64,000 nt of DNA, taken from positions 28,508 to 92,507 of the forward strand of contig DATKZF010000001.1 in assembly GCA_035528115.1 (NCBI GenBank), given 5' to 3'. The DNA is from Candidatus Bipolaricaulota bacterium. Its GTDB lineage: Bacteria > Patescibacteriota > Patescibacteriia > UBA11705 > DATKZF01. Under the pieces are notes generated by a model. The model saw only the letters and a program-made list of their open reading frames with translations. It was not told where the DNA came from and searched no databases. How positions within the stretch are numbered: position 1 is the first letter of the stretch; the number at the start of each line of letters is the position of its first letter. The translations under genes were made by a program, and so were the position numbers. This document shows, one piece after another, positions 18,386 to 28,304 of this stretch.

Positions 18386-18474
18386 CGTCGTTCGCGAACG
18401 ACGTGGCCCACCAATTTTCTCTCCGTGGAGCGAAAATTGCCCTGAGTGAGGAGCGCGGCGACGAATCGAAGGGC
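18383..18474. repeat. Palindrome cluster and tRNA 3'-end duplication after tRNA-Val
   Basis: Perfect 24-bp palindrome at 18383-18406, gcccacca repeated at 18406-18413, hairpin at 18412-18439 and a gccctgag...tcgaagggc element at 18439-18474. Confidence 0.7.
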
Positions 18475-18556
18475 ATTTTATATTATTTATGTAATCTCCA
18501 TAAAGCTGCCATTACCGGCGGTTTTTATAATTTTAAAATGACGGCTTGTGAAGCTG

Positions 18557-19162
18557 TCATTCTTTGATGTGTCGAAATAGACTTGCGCAGGCCAGCGCCA
18601 GTGAAGGAATCAGGACGATGTAGGCCAAGATCAGCCAGATCGTCAGATCGGTCATGGCGAAAAGGTAGATCAAGAGCAGGCCTATCATTTCGCCCCAGGA
18701 TTTGACTTTACCTACGGGAAACGCGCTGATTTTCGCGCGCTTTTTTAGTTTTTTTGCCGAGAGCAATTTGAACACTCGGCAAACGACCAGTCCGGATTCG
18801 ATCAGCCAAAAGGCAATGATCAGCGGCAGCCAGACGGTCTTGCTGAAAAACAAGGTCAGCGGCACAAGAAAGCGGATCTTGTCGACCAGCGGGTCAAGGA
18901 ACGCGCCAGCTTGAGTTTGTTTGTTGAAGATTCTGGCGAATTTTCCGTCCAAAAGATCGAGTGGCCAGATGACCGCGCCGATCAGCAGGCATGACATCAA
19001 TACCTGGCTCCTAAAGTAAAGCCAAACTGCCACCATGAGCAGGGGCAGTTGAACGAGGGTGATGATGATGGGATGGATCTTGGCGCAGACCCGATTTCTC
19101 CGGATCGCATTGTCGATACCGGAACTCTCGGCGTAAAATACATCTTCGGATTTCGCTATCAT
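18557..19162 (-). CDS. CDP-alcohol phosphatidyltransferase family protein
   Basis: DLLDGKFAR...GAFLDPLVDK signature. GGAGG SD before the ATG at 19162 and a TTGACT-17-TATAAT promoter. Confidence 0.88.
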   Translation of the reverse strand: MIAKSEDVFYAESSGIDNAIRRNRVCAKIHPIIITLVQLPLLMVAVWLYFRSQVLMSCLLIGAVIWPLDLLDGKFARIFNKQTQAGAFLDPLVDKIRFLVPLTLFFSKTVWLPLIIAFWLIESGLVVCRVFKLLSAKKLKKRAKISAFPVGKVKSWGEMIGLLLIYLFAMTDLTIWLILAYIVLIPSLALACASLFRHIKE

Positions 19163-19221
19163 TCGCATCCTCCGTGTGTATTTGTTCGGTTATTGAATTA
19201 TAATGAGATGAGTTTCAAAAG

Positions 19222-20436
19222 TCAAACTTGCTTTTTGAATTTTTTGGAGAGATTTTTGTAGGTGTAATTCCACAAAAAGTAAATCACGCCGGACAATATT
19301 ATGGTCAATAAACCGAAGGCGATGAGCACGGGCACGCTATAAGATGACAGCTCTCCTTGCAGGAGCAATTTACCGTCTTGAAACACCTCAAAGCCGGCGC
19401 CCATGATGGTGCCCAAGGAAATAAAAGAAACCACGACGCTGACGAGAAACAACATTTGCAGTTTATTCATGGCTTCGCGTTGATTTTGTCGATATAAAGA
19501 ATTCAGATAACTGGTGTTGCTTTTTATGAAACCCGAGGTCATGTCGAAAAGATTTTTAATGTAAGCCGCTTCTTGATTGGATTTTTTCAGTTTGTTGGCA
19601 AAGTAGTTTTGCCATTTCCCGCGCGTGATGTTTTCCACTGTTTGATTTCTGGTTTTTAACACCACCATGATTTGGTCGATTCTGGCATTGATATTGGAAA
19701 CGTTTTTCGAATATTCGGTCAGCTTGTCTATATACAATGGAATATCAACATTTTTTATGAAACGAGAGCTCAATATTTTTTCCGTGTCATCCCAGATCAA
19801 GCGGTGATTTTGAACGAGCCAGTACAAGTGGCGGTTGAGCTCGGACAAGAAAATCAATTCTTGCGACAGTTCATCGATGATATGCTCCGATATTTTACCC
19901 AATGCGTTTAAGATAACCAGGTTGTCCGAGTAGTATATTTCAAAGGTGCCGAAGTCGTAGTTTTTATCCAATTTTTCGTTTTCCGATTTGAGAAATTTCA
20001 AAATCGAAGCCTTGGTTTCTTTTTCCGTGCAGAGAAACAATCTTTTGGGCAATTTGGGCGTTCTGATGATTTCCAAACCGCCCGCTCCTCGGCTGAAAAG
20101 AAAAGCCAGGCAGGGAGACAGCGTGTTTTGATAAAAATCGACTATTTGTTTTTTGTCTTTTTTGAAATCTTTTATTTCCCTTTTTAAAAACAATAATCCG
20201 TCTTCTTGATACAAATATTCATAGCCTTTATCGGAGTGGGCGCAAACCACGGCCATGTCTTGCTTGGAAAGGTATAGATTGACCTTTTCCGGATTCAGCT
20301 TCTTTTTTAAAGCCGCGGCCATTTTAGAATCAAGCGCCGGATGGACGGCCGCGGAATCCAAAAAAGCCTTGAATTCATCAAGATGAATTCTGATTTTGGG
20401 AAACCAGCTGCCGATGTAAATGTTTTTTATTTTCAT
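19222..20436 (-). CDS. Hypothetical membrane protein with CorA-like architecture (coiled coil plus two C-terminal TM helices)
   Basis: Likely start MKIKNIYIGSW at 20436. Long helical region followed by two TM segments. No GMN motif seen. Confidence 0.65.
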   Translation of the reverse strand: MKIKNIYIGSWFPKIRIHLDEFKAFLDSAAVHPALDSKMAAALKKKLNPEKVNLYLSKQDMAVVCAHSDKGYEYLYQEDGLLFLKREIKDFKKDKKQIVDFYQNTLSPCLAFLFSRGAGGLEIIRTPKLPKRLFLCTEKETKASILKFLKSENEKLDKNYDFGTFEIYYSDNLVILNALGKISEHIIDELSQELIFLSELNRHLYWLVQNHRLIWDDTEKILSSRFIKNVDIPLYIDKLTEYSKNVSNINARIDQIMVVLKTRNQTVENITRGKWQNYFANKLKKSNQEAAYIKNLFDMTSGFIKSNTSYLNSLYRQNQREAMNKLQMLFLVSVVVSFISLGTIMGAGFEVFQDGKLLLQGELSSYSVPVLIAFGLLTIILSGVIYFLWNYTYKNLSKKFKKQV

Positions 20437-20502
20437 CTTTTTATTTGACAACGAATTTTTATTTTTGTATTGTTTATATTCATGGAGATGGAAGGGGAAA
20501 TC

Positions 20503-20712
20503 ATGAAACTGCCGCAAGATGCTCGTTGTTCTACGATGCACAGAGAGTTTGGAGCTCGACTGGCCGGCAAAGTCAATTGCAAATACCTCAATGACGATCG
20601 GACATGCCAAGCCATGTCCGGCAACCCTCTGTGCACATGTCTAGCCATGGCCAGAGACGTTTTAGACATCGACACTGCCAAAAGGTACTGGCAAGTGCCC
20701 CAAGGCGATTGA
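20503..20712 (+). CDS. Small Cys-rich hypothetical protein (solo cassette)
   Basis: TTGACA-17-TATTGT promoter, GAAGGGG SD and a downstream hairpin with T-tract. Confidence 0.55.
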   Translation: MKLPQDARCSTMHREFGARLAGKVNCKYLNDDRTCQAMSGNPLCTCLAMARDVLDIDTAKRYWQVPQGD

Positions 20713-20737
20713 GCGACTCAGTCGTCTTTTAAAATTA

Positions 20738-21217
20738 TTATTTATTTTTTCGAGACCAGAGACGTTTAAACCATGATTTTTTTGGCGCCGGATTAATCGG
20801 CTCATTGACTTGTGTTTTCATTGCTTGCAAAGGGTTGTCAAATATTCTAACTTCTCTGTCCGTGGTGGCGATGTTCGGGGCGTCTTGAGGCTTTTCCTTG
20901 ATTGGCTCCTTGAAAAGTTTCGCCTTATACAGCTCGGGATCTTCAATGTTAACGGTTTTTTGTTCGGTGCTGTTTTCTCCGACTCTCCTGACTTTGGCGT
21001 CTCCGGTATCAGGATCAATGCTTGAAATTTCCCATTCGGGTGTTTTTTCCAAGTGACTCAGTCTGATAAAATCACCGACTTTAGCGCCAAGCGAATTTTT
21101 TTCAACAAAATTGCGCGGGACAGTTGGCTTATCAACATATCCTAATGGTCTCATAACTTGAACATCTTGCGGGCCTTTGGGGCGTAACGGTTGGGGAGTG
21201 GGGGTTTCAAAACTCAT
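20738..21217 (-). CDS. Hypothetical protein
   Basis: 159-aa ORF with a basic amphipathic C-terminus (KKSWFKRLW). Confidence 0.65.
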   Translation of the reverse strand: MSFETPTPQPLRPKGPQDVQVMRPLGYVDKPTVPRNFVEKNSLGAKVGDFIRLSHLEKTPEWEISSIDPDTGDAKVRRVGENSTEQKTVNIEDPELYKAKLFKEPIKEKPQDAPNIATTDREVRIFDNPLQAMKTQVNEPINPAPKKSWFKRLWSRKNK

Positions 21218-21345
21218 ATGATTTCATTAAGAATAAATCCGTTTATATTTTACCATTTTTTTCAAGTTTGATAAATAAAAACTTGGGATAACTTTGAATC
21301 GGCCGACCGCATTGTATTTCTCAGCCATTTTGTTAAGATTATGCT

Positions 21346-23112
21346 ATGTCAGACGTTGATGAAATAAAACAAAAAATAGACATTATCTCGCTGGTTGGCG
21401 AATATGTTCAGCTCACGCAAGCCGGTTCCAATTGGAAAGCGCGTTGTCCGTTTCATAATGAAAAAACGCCCAGTTTTTTGGTTTCTCAAGAAAAACAGAT
21501 TTTTCACTGTTTCGGTTGCGGCAAGGGCGGAGACATTTTTACTTTTGTTCAGGAAATGGAAAATTTGGATTTCCCCGAGACCTTGCGGCTGTTGGCGAAA
21601 AAAGCGGGTGTGGAATTGAGAAATACGGATCCTCGCGTTCACAGCCAAAAGACCAGATTGCTGGATATTCATCGCTGGGCAACGGCGTATTTCATGAAAT
21701 CCTTGGAAATTTCCAAGTCCGCCGAGCCGGCCAGGAAATATTTGGAAAAACGAGGCTTGTCCGCCGAGACGATAATGGATTTTAAAATCGGTTTCGCGCC
21801 GGACAGCTGGGACAAATTGCTTAATTTTTTGAAATCAAAAAATTACACCGAAAGCGAAATAGGTTTGGCCGGCTTGATCACCAGAAAAAATCAAGGCAGC
21901 GGCTGGTATGACCGTTTCCGAAACAGGGTGATTTTCCCGATCGCCGATGTTCACGGAGCCATTATCGGTCTTGGGGGCAGAATCATGGAGGCCGAGGGAG
22001 GCGCCAAATATTTGAACAGTCCGCAAACGCCGATTTACGATAAAAGTTCGGTTGTTTACGGCATGGACAAGGCCAAGCAGGAGATCAAGCAAGTAGACCA
22101 GGCGATTTTCGTTGAAGGTTACATGGATGTCATTTCTTCGCATCAAGCCGGAGTGAAAAACGTGGTGGCCACTTCGGGCACGGCTTTGACTCCCGGGCAT
22201 TTGAAAATGGTCAAGCGATACACCAATAATGTGGCTTTTTGCTTTGATCAAGACGAAGCCGGGCAAAGAGCGGCCGCCAGATCCGTTGACATCGCTTTGG
22301 CCGAGGACATGAATATAAAAATTGTTCGGGTGCTTTTCGGCAAGGATCCCGATGAGTGCATTCAAAAAGATCTCGCCTTGTGGCATCAATCCATCGCCGA
22401 AGCCAAACCGTACATGGAATATTTTATGGAAGCGATTGACGGAAAATATGATTTGAACGATATCAATCAAAAAAAGGCGGCGGCCAAAGAACTGCTTACT
22501 CAGGTGGCGAAGATGACCTCAAAACTCGAACAGGATTTTTGGTTGAGAAAATTGTCCGATCTTTTGGGCGTTGACGTGGCGCTGCTTTGGGAATCCATGC
22601 CCGGCGCCAAAACTTTGACCAGAACCGAGCATGCCGGTTTTGTCGCGCAAAAATTGAGAATAGATGTTTATCAGACTCTTTTCGGACTGGTCGTGTCCAA
22701 TCTTGATAATATCGAATATTTGGCGGAAAATTTGGAAGCCGGCATGATTTTCGATGAGAAATGGCGAAGATTTTACAATAATTTGATTTTGTTATATAAT
22801 AAAGACAAGAAAACGGATCGAAATAATTTTGATCAATGGCTAAAGATTCAGGATAATGAGATTTTTAACCAAGGCTTTTTTGATAGCCTGTTTTTGCTTA
22901 TTAAAAGAGAATTTGACGGTTTCTCTCTGGAAGATATTCAAACGGAAGTGATTTGCTTGGTGAAGAAAATAAAAAAAGATTTTTTTCAATATCGAATAAA
23001 TGAAATATCCTCGGAAATAAAAAAAGCGGAAAGCGAAAAAGACGACGACGGCATTAATCAACTTTTTAAACAACTTCAATCTTTCATCCGGCAAAGATCA
23101 CAATTGGACTAA
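21346..23112 (+). CDS. dnaG: DNA primase
   Basis: CPFHNEKTPSF...CFGC zinc finger, DRFRNRVIFPI, KYLNSP, EGYMD and FDQDEAG TOPRIM motif. Confidence 0.97.
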   Translation: MSDVDEIKQKIDIISLVGEYVQLTQAGSNWKARCPFHNEKTPSFLVSQEKQIFHCFGCGKGGDIFTFVQEMENLDFPETLRLLAKKAGVELRNTDPRVHSQKTRLLDIHRWATAYFMKSLEISKSAEPARKYLEKRGLSAETIMDFKIGFAPDSWDKLLNFLKSKNYTESEIGLAGLITRKNQGSGWYDRFRNRVIFPIADVHGAIIGLGGRIMEAEGGAKYLNSPQTPIYDKSSVVYGMDKAKQEIKQVDQAIFVEGYMDVISSHQAGVKNVVATSGTALTPGHLKMVKRYTNNVAFCFDQDEAGQRAAARSVDIALAEDMNIKIVRVLFGKDPDECIQKDLALWHQSIAEAKPYMEYFMEAIDGKYDLNDINQKKAAAKELLTQVAKMTSKLEQDFWLRKLSDLLGVDVALLWESMPGAKTLTRTEHAGFVAQKLRIDVYQTLFGLVVSNLDNIEYLAENLEAGMIFDEKWRRFYNNLILLYNKDKKTDRNNFDQWLKIQDNEIFNQGFFDSLFLLIKREFDGFSLEDIQTEVICLVKKIKKDFFQYRINEISSEIKKAESEKDDDGINQLFKQLQSFIRQRSQLD

Positions 23113-23149
23113 GCGATAAAAATAATCAATCATTTGCCTTTGATAATTT

Positions 23150-24433
23150 ATGCCAAGGACAGCAAAAAAGGCCACAATTAAAAGAGGTCGGCCCGCTCAA
23201 AAGAAACAGAGCCGTCCGACAAAAAAGAAAGCGGCCGCCAGACGCGCCGCTCATCATGTTAAAAAAGCCAAAGGGGAGAAAAAAAGACCCCAAAAAAACA
23301 CCCGGGTCGTCATGCGGGGAAGACCCAAAAAAGCCACCCCGCCGAGTAAAGATGAAATAGATGAATTGGTTCAAAAGGGAAGAAAAAGAGGTTTTATCAC
23401 GGAAAAAGAAGTGCTTAAACTTTTTCCGGAAATGGAAAGTTATCTGGAAGCTTATTTGGATTTTGAGGAAGAATTGGAGTCGAGCGGCGTTCAAATCGTC
23501 GAATTGAAAGGCGGCGTGCTGGCTTCTCCCGCTGAAAGGGAAAAAATCATTTCCAGCGCTGCCGGAGTCGGCATAGGATCGCCCGCGCAAAAATACGACA
23601 TTCCGGAATTGACCGCTGATTCGATTCAAATGTATTTGAGAGAAATCGGGAAGATCGATTTGCTGACGGCTGAAGAAGAATTAGCCTTGGCCAAAAGAAA
23701 AGAAAGAAACGAGAGGGAAGCGGAAAAGCGTCTGATCGAAGCCAATTTAAGATTGGTCGTTTCCATCGCCAAAAAATTCGTGGGCAAAAGTTTGTCTTTG
23801 CTTGATTTGATTCAGGAGGGCAACATCGGGCTTTTTCGCGCGGTTGAAAAATTCGAGTATCGCAAGGGGTATAAATTTTCAACTTACGCGACTTGGTGGG
23901 TCAGGCAGGCGATCACCAGAGCTTTGGCCGATCAGTCGAGAACGATCAGAATTCCCGTGCACATGGTCGAAACGATCAATAAATTCCAGCAAGTCGAGCG
24001 ACGTTTGATTCAGGATTTGGGCCGCGAGCCGCTGCCCGAAGAAATCGCCGCAGAAATGAGCGAGGACGTGAACAAAATCAGATATATCATGAAAATATCG
24101 CAAGAAACGATTTCGCTCGAAACTTCGGTCGGCGATGACGACGAAGACAGCACTCTTGAAGATTTCATTGAGGACGTGAAAAACGTCACGCCCGATCACG
24201 CGGCCGCTCTGCGCCTGTTGAAGGATTATGTCAGGGAAACGATCAAGGACTTGTCTCCGAGAGAACAAAAGATTTTGGAAATGAGATTCGGACTTGTTGA
24301 CGGAGTGGCGCATACTTTGGAAGAAGTCGGACAGGAATTCGACGTCACCAGAGAAAGAATCAGGCAGATCGAAGCGAAATCTTTGGAGAAAATTCAGAAC
24401 ATGAAAGGAATAGAGAAATTAAGGGATTATTAA
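23150..24433 (+). CDS. rpoD: Primary RNA polymerase sigma70 factor with Lys/Arg/Ala-rich N-terminus
   Basis: [45 protein letters not shown] and TRERIRQIE. Confidence 0.97.
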   Translation: MPRTAKKATIKRGRPAQKKQSRPTKKKAAARRAAHHVKKAKGEKKRPQKNTRVVMRGRPKKATPPSKDEIDELVQKGRKRGFITEKEVLKLFPEMESYLEAYLDFEEELESSGVQIVELKGGVLASPAEREKIISSAAGVGIGSPAQKYDIPELTADSIQMYLREIGKIDLLTAEEELALAKRKERNEREAEKRLIEANLRLVVSIAKKFVGKSLSLLDLIQEGNIGLFRAVEKFEYRKGYKFSTYATWWVRQAITRALADQSRTIRIPVHMVETINKFQQVERRLIQDLGREPLPEEIAAEMSEDVNKIRYIMKISQETISLETSVGDDDEDSTLEDFIEDVKNVTPDHAAALRLLKDYVRETIKDLSPREQKILEMRFGLVDGVAHTLEEVGQEFDVTRERIRQIEAKSLEKIQNMKGIEKLRDY

Positions 24434-24451
24434 TCAACTGCAAGAAATAAT

Positions 24452-24479
24452 AAAATCCGTTCCATAAGGGACGGATTTT
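24452..24479 (+). terminator. Intrinsic terminator of dnaG-rpoD
   Basis: aaaatccgttcc-ataa-gggacggatttt. Confidence 0.7.
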
Positions 24480-24523
24480 GTGTTATAATATAATCAAACA
24501 AATCGCAAAAAAGGAGAGATGCC

Positions 24524-24751
24524 ATGATAAACGAAGATTTGATGGAGTGCCATTACTCTTTCGAGAGATTGGCCAGGGAAGGCAACATTGGTCAGATTCC
24601 GGACGAAACATTGAGGGTTTTTTTGGGGAGATTGAGTCATGCTCGAAAATCTCCTTTGCGAAATTTGGAAAGTCAAGATCAGGCTTGGCTTGACGCCGCG
24701 CTCTCGTTTTGGAGAGATTTTTTCAACGGGAGCAAGCGCCGGACGGCTTGA
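24524..24751 (+). CDS. Small hypothetical protein (solo cassette)
   Basis: TGTTATAAT extended -10, AAGGAG SD and a strong hairpin gggcgagatgcgcgcatctcgccc-tttt downstream. Confidence 0.6.
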   Translation: MINEDLMECHYSFERLAREGNIGQIPDETLRVFLGRLSHARKSPLRNLESQDQAWLDAALSFWRDFFNGSKRRTA

Positions 24752-24817
24752 TGAAAGGAGGAGGGAGGGGCGAGATGCGCGCATCTCGCCCTTTTAAAAT
24801 TTCAATAATGTCGGATT

Positions 24818-25402
24818 TTATTTTTGAGGCTGATTGTTATCATTTTCTTTCTGTGCTTTGTTTTCCGCGATCGCTCCTTTAATGGTGGAAAAGATTTCTC
24901 CCATGTTCGGCAGGGCAGATTCATTTAAAGGTTTTCCCATAAATTCCGCCATTTGGCTGGCCAGCTGTCGGCTTTTCCCGCCGGTCTGAAAGCCTTTTTT
25001 CATTTGTCCCGGGTTGAGTTTTATTTGTTCATTTGAATTTGTCGTCAGATAAAGATCATAATAATTTTGGCGCTGGCCGTTGACGATTCTGGACATGGGC
25101 TGAAGAGTGACGGCCTTTACGTCCGCAAAGCTTAATATCCGGTCGGTTTTTTTAAGCATTGATTTGTGAAAAAGCATTATCTTTTGTTCGCCTTTGCTGA
25201 TTTGAATGGTGGTGGTTTTAATGAAAATGACGAGCAAGACGCCGACGATGATGAAGGCGAGCGCGATCAGCGAGGTGTAGCCAAAGTCCGAGTTGATGAA
25301 AATGATAAAACCGATGAGCGTCAATAATAATCCGCCGAAATAGCCGGCGACGTTTTGGTCTTTGATGACCATTGCGTTTGAGTCTTGGGAGACGATTTTC
25401 AT
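24818..25402 (-). CDS. Hypothetical membrane protein (two TM helices plus a PH-like domain)
   Basis: Two N-terminal TM helices followed by a soluble domain. Confidence 0.7.
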   Translation of the reverse strand: MKIVSQDSNAMVIKDQNVAGYFGGLLLTLIGFIIFINSDFGYTSLIALAFIIVGVLLVIFIKTTTIQISKGEQKIMLFHKSMLKKTDRILSFADVKAVTLQPMSRIVNGQRQNYYDLYLTTNSNEQIKLNPGQMKKGFQTGGKSRQLASQMAEFMGKPLNESALPNMGEIFSTIKGAIAENKAQKENDNNQPQK

Positions 25403-25560
25403 AAAAGCGAGGTTAATATTATATGTTTATATTGAATCATTTATTCGTCAATAAATCAAAGGAAGCCGTCATTTGGCGGGGGATATAAAAATACCAAAAA
25501 ATTGATTTGAGGTGTACAATATAAAGAGCGATCAATTAATAAAATTAAAAATAAAAATTT

Positions 25561-25908
25561 ATGGCGCAAAATCCCATGCCGTCATCGGGCGGCCAGTCGT
25601 CGAAAAAACAAAACACGGCCATGGCCGTGGTGGCTTACATTTTATTTTTCGTTCCGCTTTTAACCGGTGATGCCAAAAAGGATGACTTTGTGAAATATCA
25701 CACGAAACAAGGCTTGGTTCTGTTTTTGCTCGCGGTTGCCCTGAATGTTATTAATTGGATAATGCCGTTTTTCGTCTGGTGGATGATCAATTCTCTTTTG
25801 AGCTTGGGCGTTTTGGTTTTGTTGATTATCGGCATAGTCAACGCCGTGAACGGCAAGAAAGAGCCTTTGCCGATCATCGGAGGTTTGGCTGATGTGTTTA
25901 AGTTTTAA
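25561..25908 (+). CDS. DUF4870-like membrane protein
   Basis: AVVAYILFFVPL, FVKYHTKQGL and GIVNAVNGK..PLPIIG. Confidence 0.8.
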   Translation: MAQNPMPSSGGQSSKKQNTAMAVVAYILFFVPLLTGDAKKDDFVKYHTKQGLVLFLLAVALNVINWIMPFFVWWMINSLLSLGVLVLLIIGIVNAVNGKKEPLPIIGGLADVFKF

Positions 25909-25925
25909 ATCCACTTTCGAACATA

Positions 25926-26008
25926 TAAAAAACACCGAATTTTTCGGTGTTTTTATAATATAAGCTTCAATAATTCAAAACAAAAACAGAGGCGTTAACC
26001 TCTGTTTT
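25926..26008. terminator. Two intrinsic terminators between convergent genes
   Basis: aaaaacaccgaa..ttcggtgttttt and aaaacagagg..cctctgtttt. Confidence 0.7.
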
Positions 26009-26016
26009 GCAATGAA

Positions 26017-26577
26017 TTATTTCTTCTTTTTGGTTGTTTTCTTTTCTTTGATCTTAACCGGTTTTTTAGCTTTCTCTTTTTTAACAACTTCTTTCTTTTC
26101 AACAGCCTTTTCTTTTTTGACAACCTTTTTGTTTTTGCAAGGAGTCGCAACAGCCGCCGGCTTTATCGCTTTTAGAATCTCGTCGAGTTTGGCATTTATT
26201 GTCTCAAGTTGCTTTTGAGTCTGGTCGCCGCCGCCGTCGCTTTTTTTGCCTTTACTGAAACAATCGCTGCAATAAACCGCTTTTTCTCCGGTGGGCTTAA
26301 AGGGCACTTCGCAGACTTTATTGCAAGTGGCGCAAACAGCCTTGTGCATTTGTTTATCGCGCGATTTGAATCCTTTTTGATCACCGGGTTCTCTGCCGCT
26401 GAAGCAGTCGGAACAAAAAATCGGCTTGCCTCCCATCGGTTTAAACGGCACTTCGCAATTTTTGCCGCATTCGCTGCAAATTGCTCTGTGCATTCCCTGA
26501 CGCGAAGAATCCCGCCCCCCAAAGTCTTTTCTGTCTCTCTTGCGATCAAATCTACTATTTTGTTGATAATTTCCCAT
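26017..26577 (-). CDS. CxxC-x17-CxxC domain protein (two copies) with Lys-rich tail
   Basis: CSECGKNCEVPFKP...FCSDC and CATCNKVCEVPFKP...YCSDC. Confidence 0.85.
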   Translation of the reverse strand: MGNYQQNSRFDRKRDRKDFGGRDSSRQGMHRAICSECGKNCEVPFKPMGGKPIFCSDCFSGREPGDQKGFKSRDKQMHKAVCATCNKVCEVPFKPTGEKAVYCSDCFSKGKKSDGGGDQTQKQLETINAKLDEILKAIKPAAVATPCKNKKVVKKEKAVEKKEVVKKEKAKKPVKIKEKKTTKKKK

Positions 26578-26647
26578 ATTTTTAATTAAATATTAATTTC
26601 TCACTTATTCAAGTATATGCTTGTTTTTAATAAAAAGCAACGATTAT

Positions 26648-27973
26648 TCAATTATCTCCAAAACTCTTTACTCTTTGATCCATAATTATGCTAGATCGAA
26701 AAAATTTCTTTTTCAAAACAATTCCGTTTAACGTGGTGCATCGGCTCAAGGCGACATAGGTCTGGCCGTGGACAAATGTGCCGCTGCCCAAATCAATAAT
26801 CACTTTTTCAAATGTTTTGCCCTGACTTTTATGAATCGTAATCGCCCAGGCCAGCTTGATCGGGATTTGGGTGTAGGATCCCATAATATCTCTCTTGAAT
26901 TCACCGTGGTCATAGACATAACGCGATATTTCCCAGGTGTGCTGGTCAACTTCAACGATTTTTCCATCGGTTTTTTCAACAATAACCACGATTTTTTCTT
27001 CTCCGGTTTCTTCATCGATGATATTATCGATTCCAATCACTTCTCCGATCGTGCCATTGACCCACCGCCGCTGCGAATCATTGCAAATAAACATCACTTG
27101 CGCGCCGACGCGCAGAGTCACCGTTTCGCTGTTCGGATATAAATTTGGGGCTATGGCGCCGGTTTTCTTCGCTTTAAAGATCGCTTCTTTTTGGTTTAAT
27201 TTTCTTAATTGGGCGAAATTAATGGAATCGGCCATGGCGTTGGTGGTCACCAGATAAATGTATTTGTCTTTTTTGTTCGGAATAAAGCCCGGTGAAAAGC
27301 GGCTGTTTAATATGTTTAGATGATTATCGGTGACATTGTCCTCTCTGACCGCGTTTAAAATTTCTATGAATTTATTATCCTTTTGGCGATATATTTTTTT
27401 TAATTCAATAATTTTCAGTTTAAATTTTACAATGAATAAATTTCCCTGGCCTCCGGCGGTAAAAACATCGGCGTTAAAAAAGTATGGAGCGTCATATTCG
27501 GAATAAAATTTGTCTTTATCCGCGCCGGTCACCACCGGTGGCAGTTGATATAAATCGCCGAAGAAAATCATTTGCGCTCCGCCAAACGGTTCATTGTTTT
27601 TTCTCGCCCGCCGAAGCACGGTGTCAACCGCGTCCAGCAAATCGGCTCTCACCATGGAAATTTCATCGATCGCGATGGTTTTAATTCGATTGAGTTTTTG
27701 TTTCATTTTATCGCTAATATTCATTTTCCTGGCTTCATCAAGCTCGAATCCGGGCTTTAGGGTGAAAAAGGAATGAATTGTTTCGCCGTTTACGTTGATG
27801 GCGGAAATGCCGGTCGGCGCCAGCACAATGATTCTTTTTTTCGAATGCAGTCTGATGTGCTCGAGTAATGTCGATTTTCCCGTCCCGGCTTTGCCGGTAA
27901 TAAAAAAATGCTCATTGGTTTCTTCAATTCCTTTAATGATTTGCTTGGCTTGTTTGGATAATTTGTTTATCAT
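26648..27973 (-). CDS. PIF1/RecD-like SF1B helicase
   Basis: TGKAGTGKS, APTG, IDEISMV, PFGG, GDLYQLPPV, LAWAITIHKSQG and YVALSR. Confidence 0.92.
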   Translation of the reverse strand: MINKLSKQAKQIIKGIEETNEHFFITGKAGTGKSTLLEHIRLHSKKRIIVLAPTGISAINVNGETIHSFFTLKPGFELDEARKMNISDKMKQKLNRIKTIAIDEISMVRADLLDAVDTVLRRARKNNEPFGGAQMIFFGDLYQLPPVVTGADKDKFYSEYDAPYFFNADVFTAGGQGNLFIVKFKLKIIELKKIYRQKDNKFIEILNAVREDNVTDNHLNILNSRFSPGFIPNKKDKYIYLVTTNAMADSINFAQLRKLNQKEAIFKAKKTGAIAPNLYPNSETVTLRVGAQVMFICNDSQRRWVNGTIGEVIGIDNIIDEETGEEKIVVIVEKTDGKIVEVDQHTWEISRYVYDHGEFKRDIMGSYTQIPIKLAWAITIHKSQGKTFEKVIIDLGSGTFVHGQTYVALSRCTTLNGIVLKKKFFRSSIIMDQRVKSFGDN

Positions 27974-28044
27974 AATTTCGCGCCGTATACGTTCAATTCT
28001 AAACGAAAAACAACATTTTTTCAAGGACCGCGCGGCTTAAACTC

Positions 28045-28165
28045 AAAAAAAGTCACCGAAATTTAATTCGGTGACTTTTTTTGGCTCCGCGCCCGCCTGC
28101 CGATAGGCAGGGGCCGGACTTCCTCCTTCACCCCCTCGACTATGCTCGGGGCTTCGGAGGATAAA
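28045..28165 (-). repeat. Interrupted duplicate of the tRNA-Asn 3' end with its own terminator
   Basis: tggctccgcg[cccgcctgccgataggcagg]ggccggact followed by a further hairpin. The terminator at 28046-28082 resembles the one at 28192-28227. Confidence 0.75.
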
Positions 28166-28227
28166 CTTCTCGTCCGTCCGGATTAAAACAACGAAAAAAC
28201 ACCGAATTTCGTTTCGGTGTTTTTTCG

Positions 28228-28304
28228 TGGCTCCGCGGGCCGGACTCGAACCGGCGACCCACTGATTAACAGTCAGTTGCTCTAACCAACTGAGCTACCG
28301 CGGA
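28228..28304 (-). tRNA. tRNA-Asn(GTT)
   Basis: Reverse complement TCCGCGG...ACTGA-CT-GTT-AA-TCAGT...GTTCGAGTC...CCGCGGA-GCCA. Confidence 0.96.

Noticed and set aside
20437-20610. N-terminal extension of ORF 19222-20610
   Set aside because: It overlaps a divergent promoter and a plus-strand small gene with a good SD. The ATG at 20436 is the more plausible start.
28082-28304. Integrative island or prophage at tRNA-Asn (attL/attR)
   Set aside because: The duplicated 3' end lies only about 150 bp from the tRNA, with no integrase or cargo between them.
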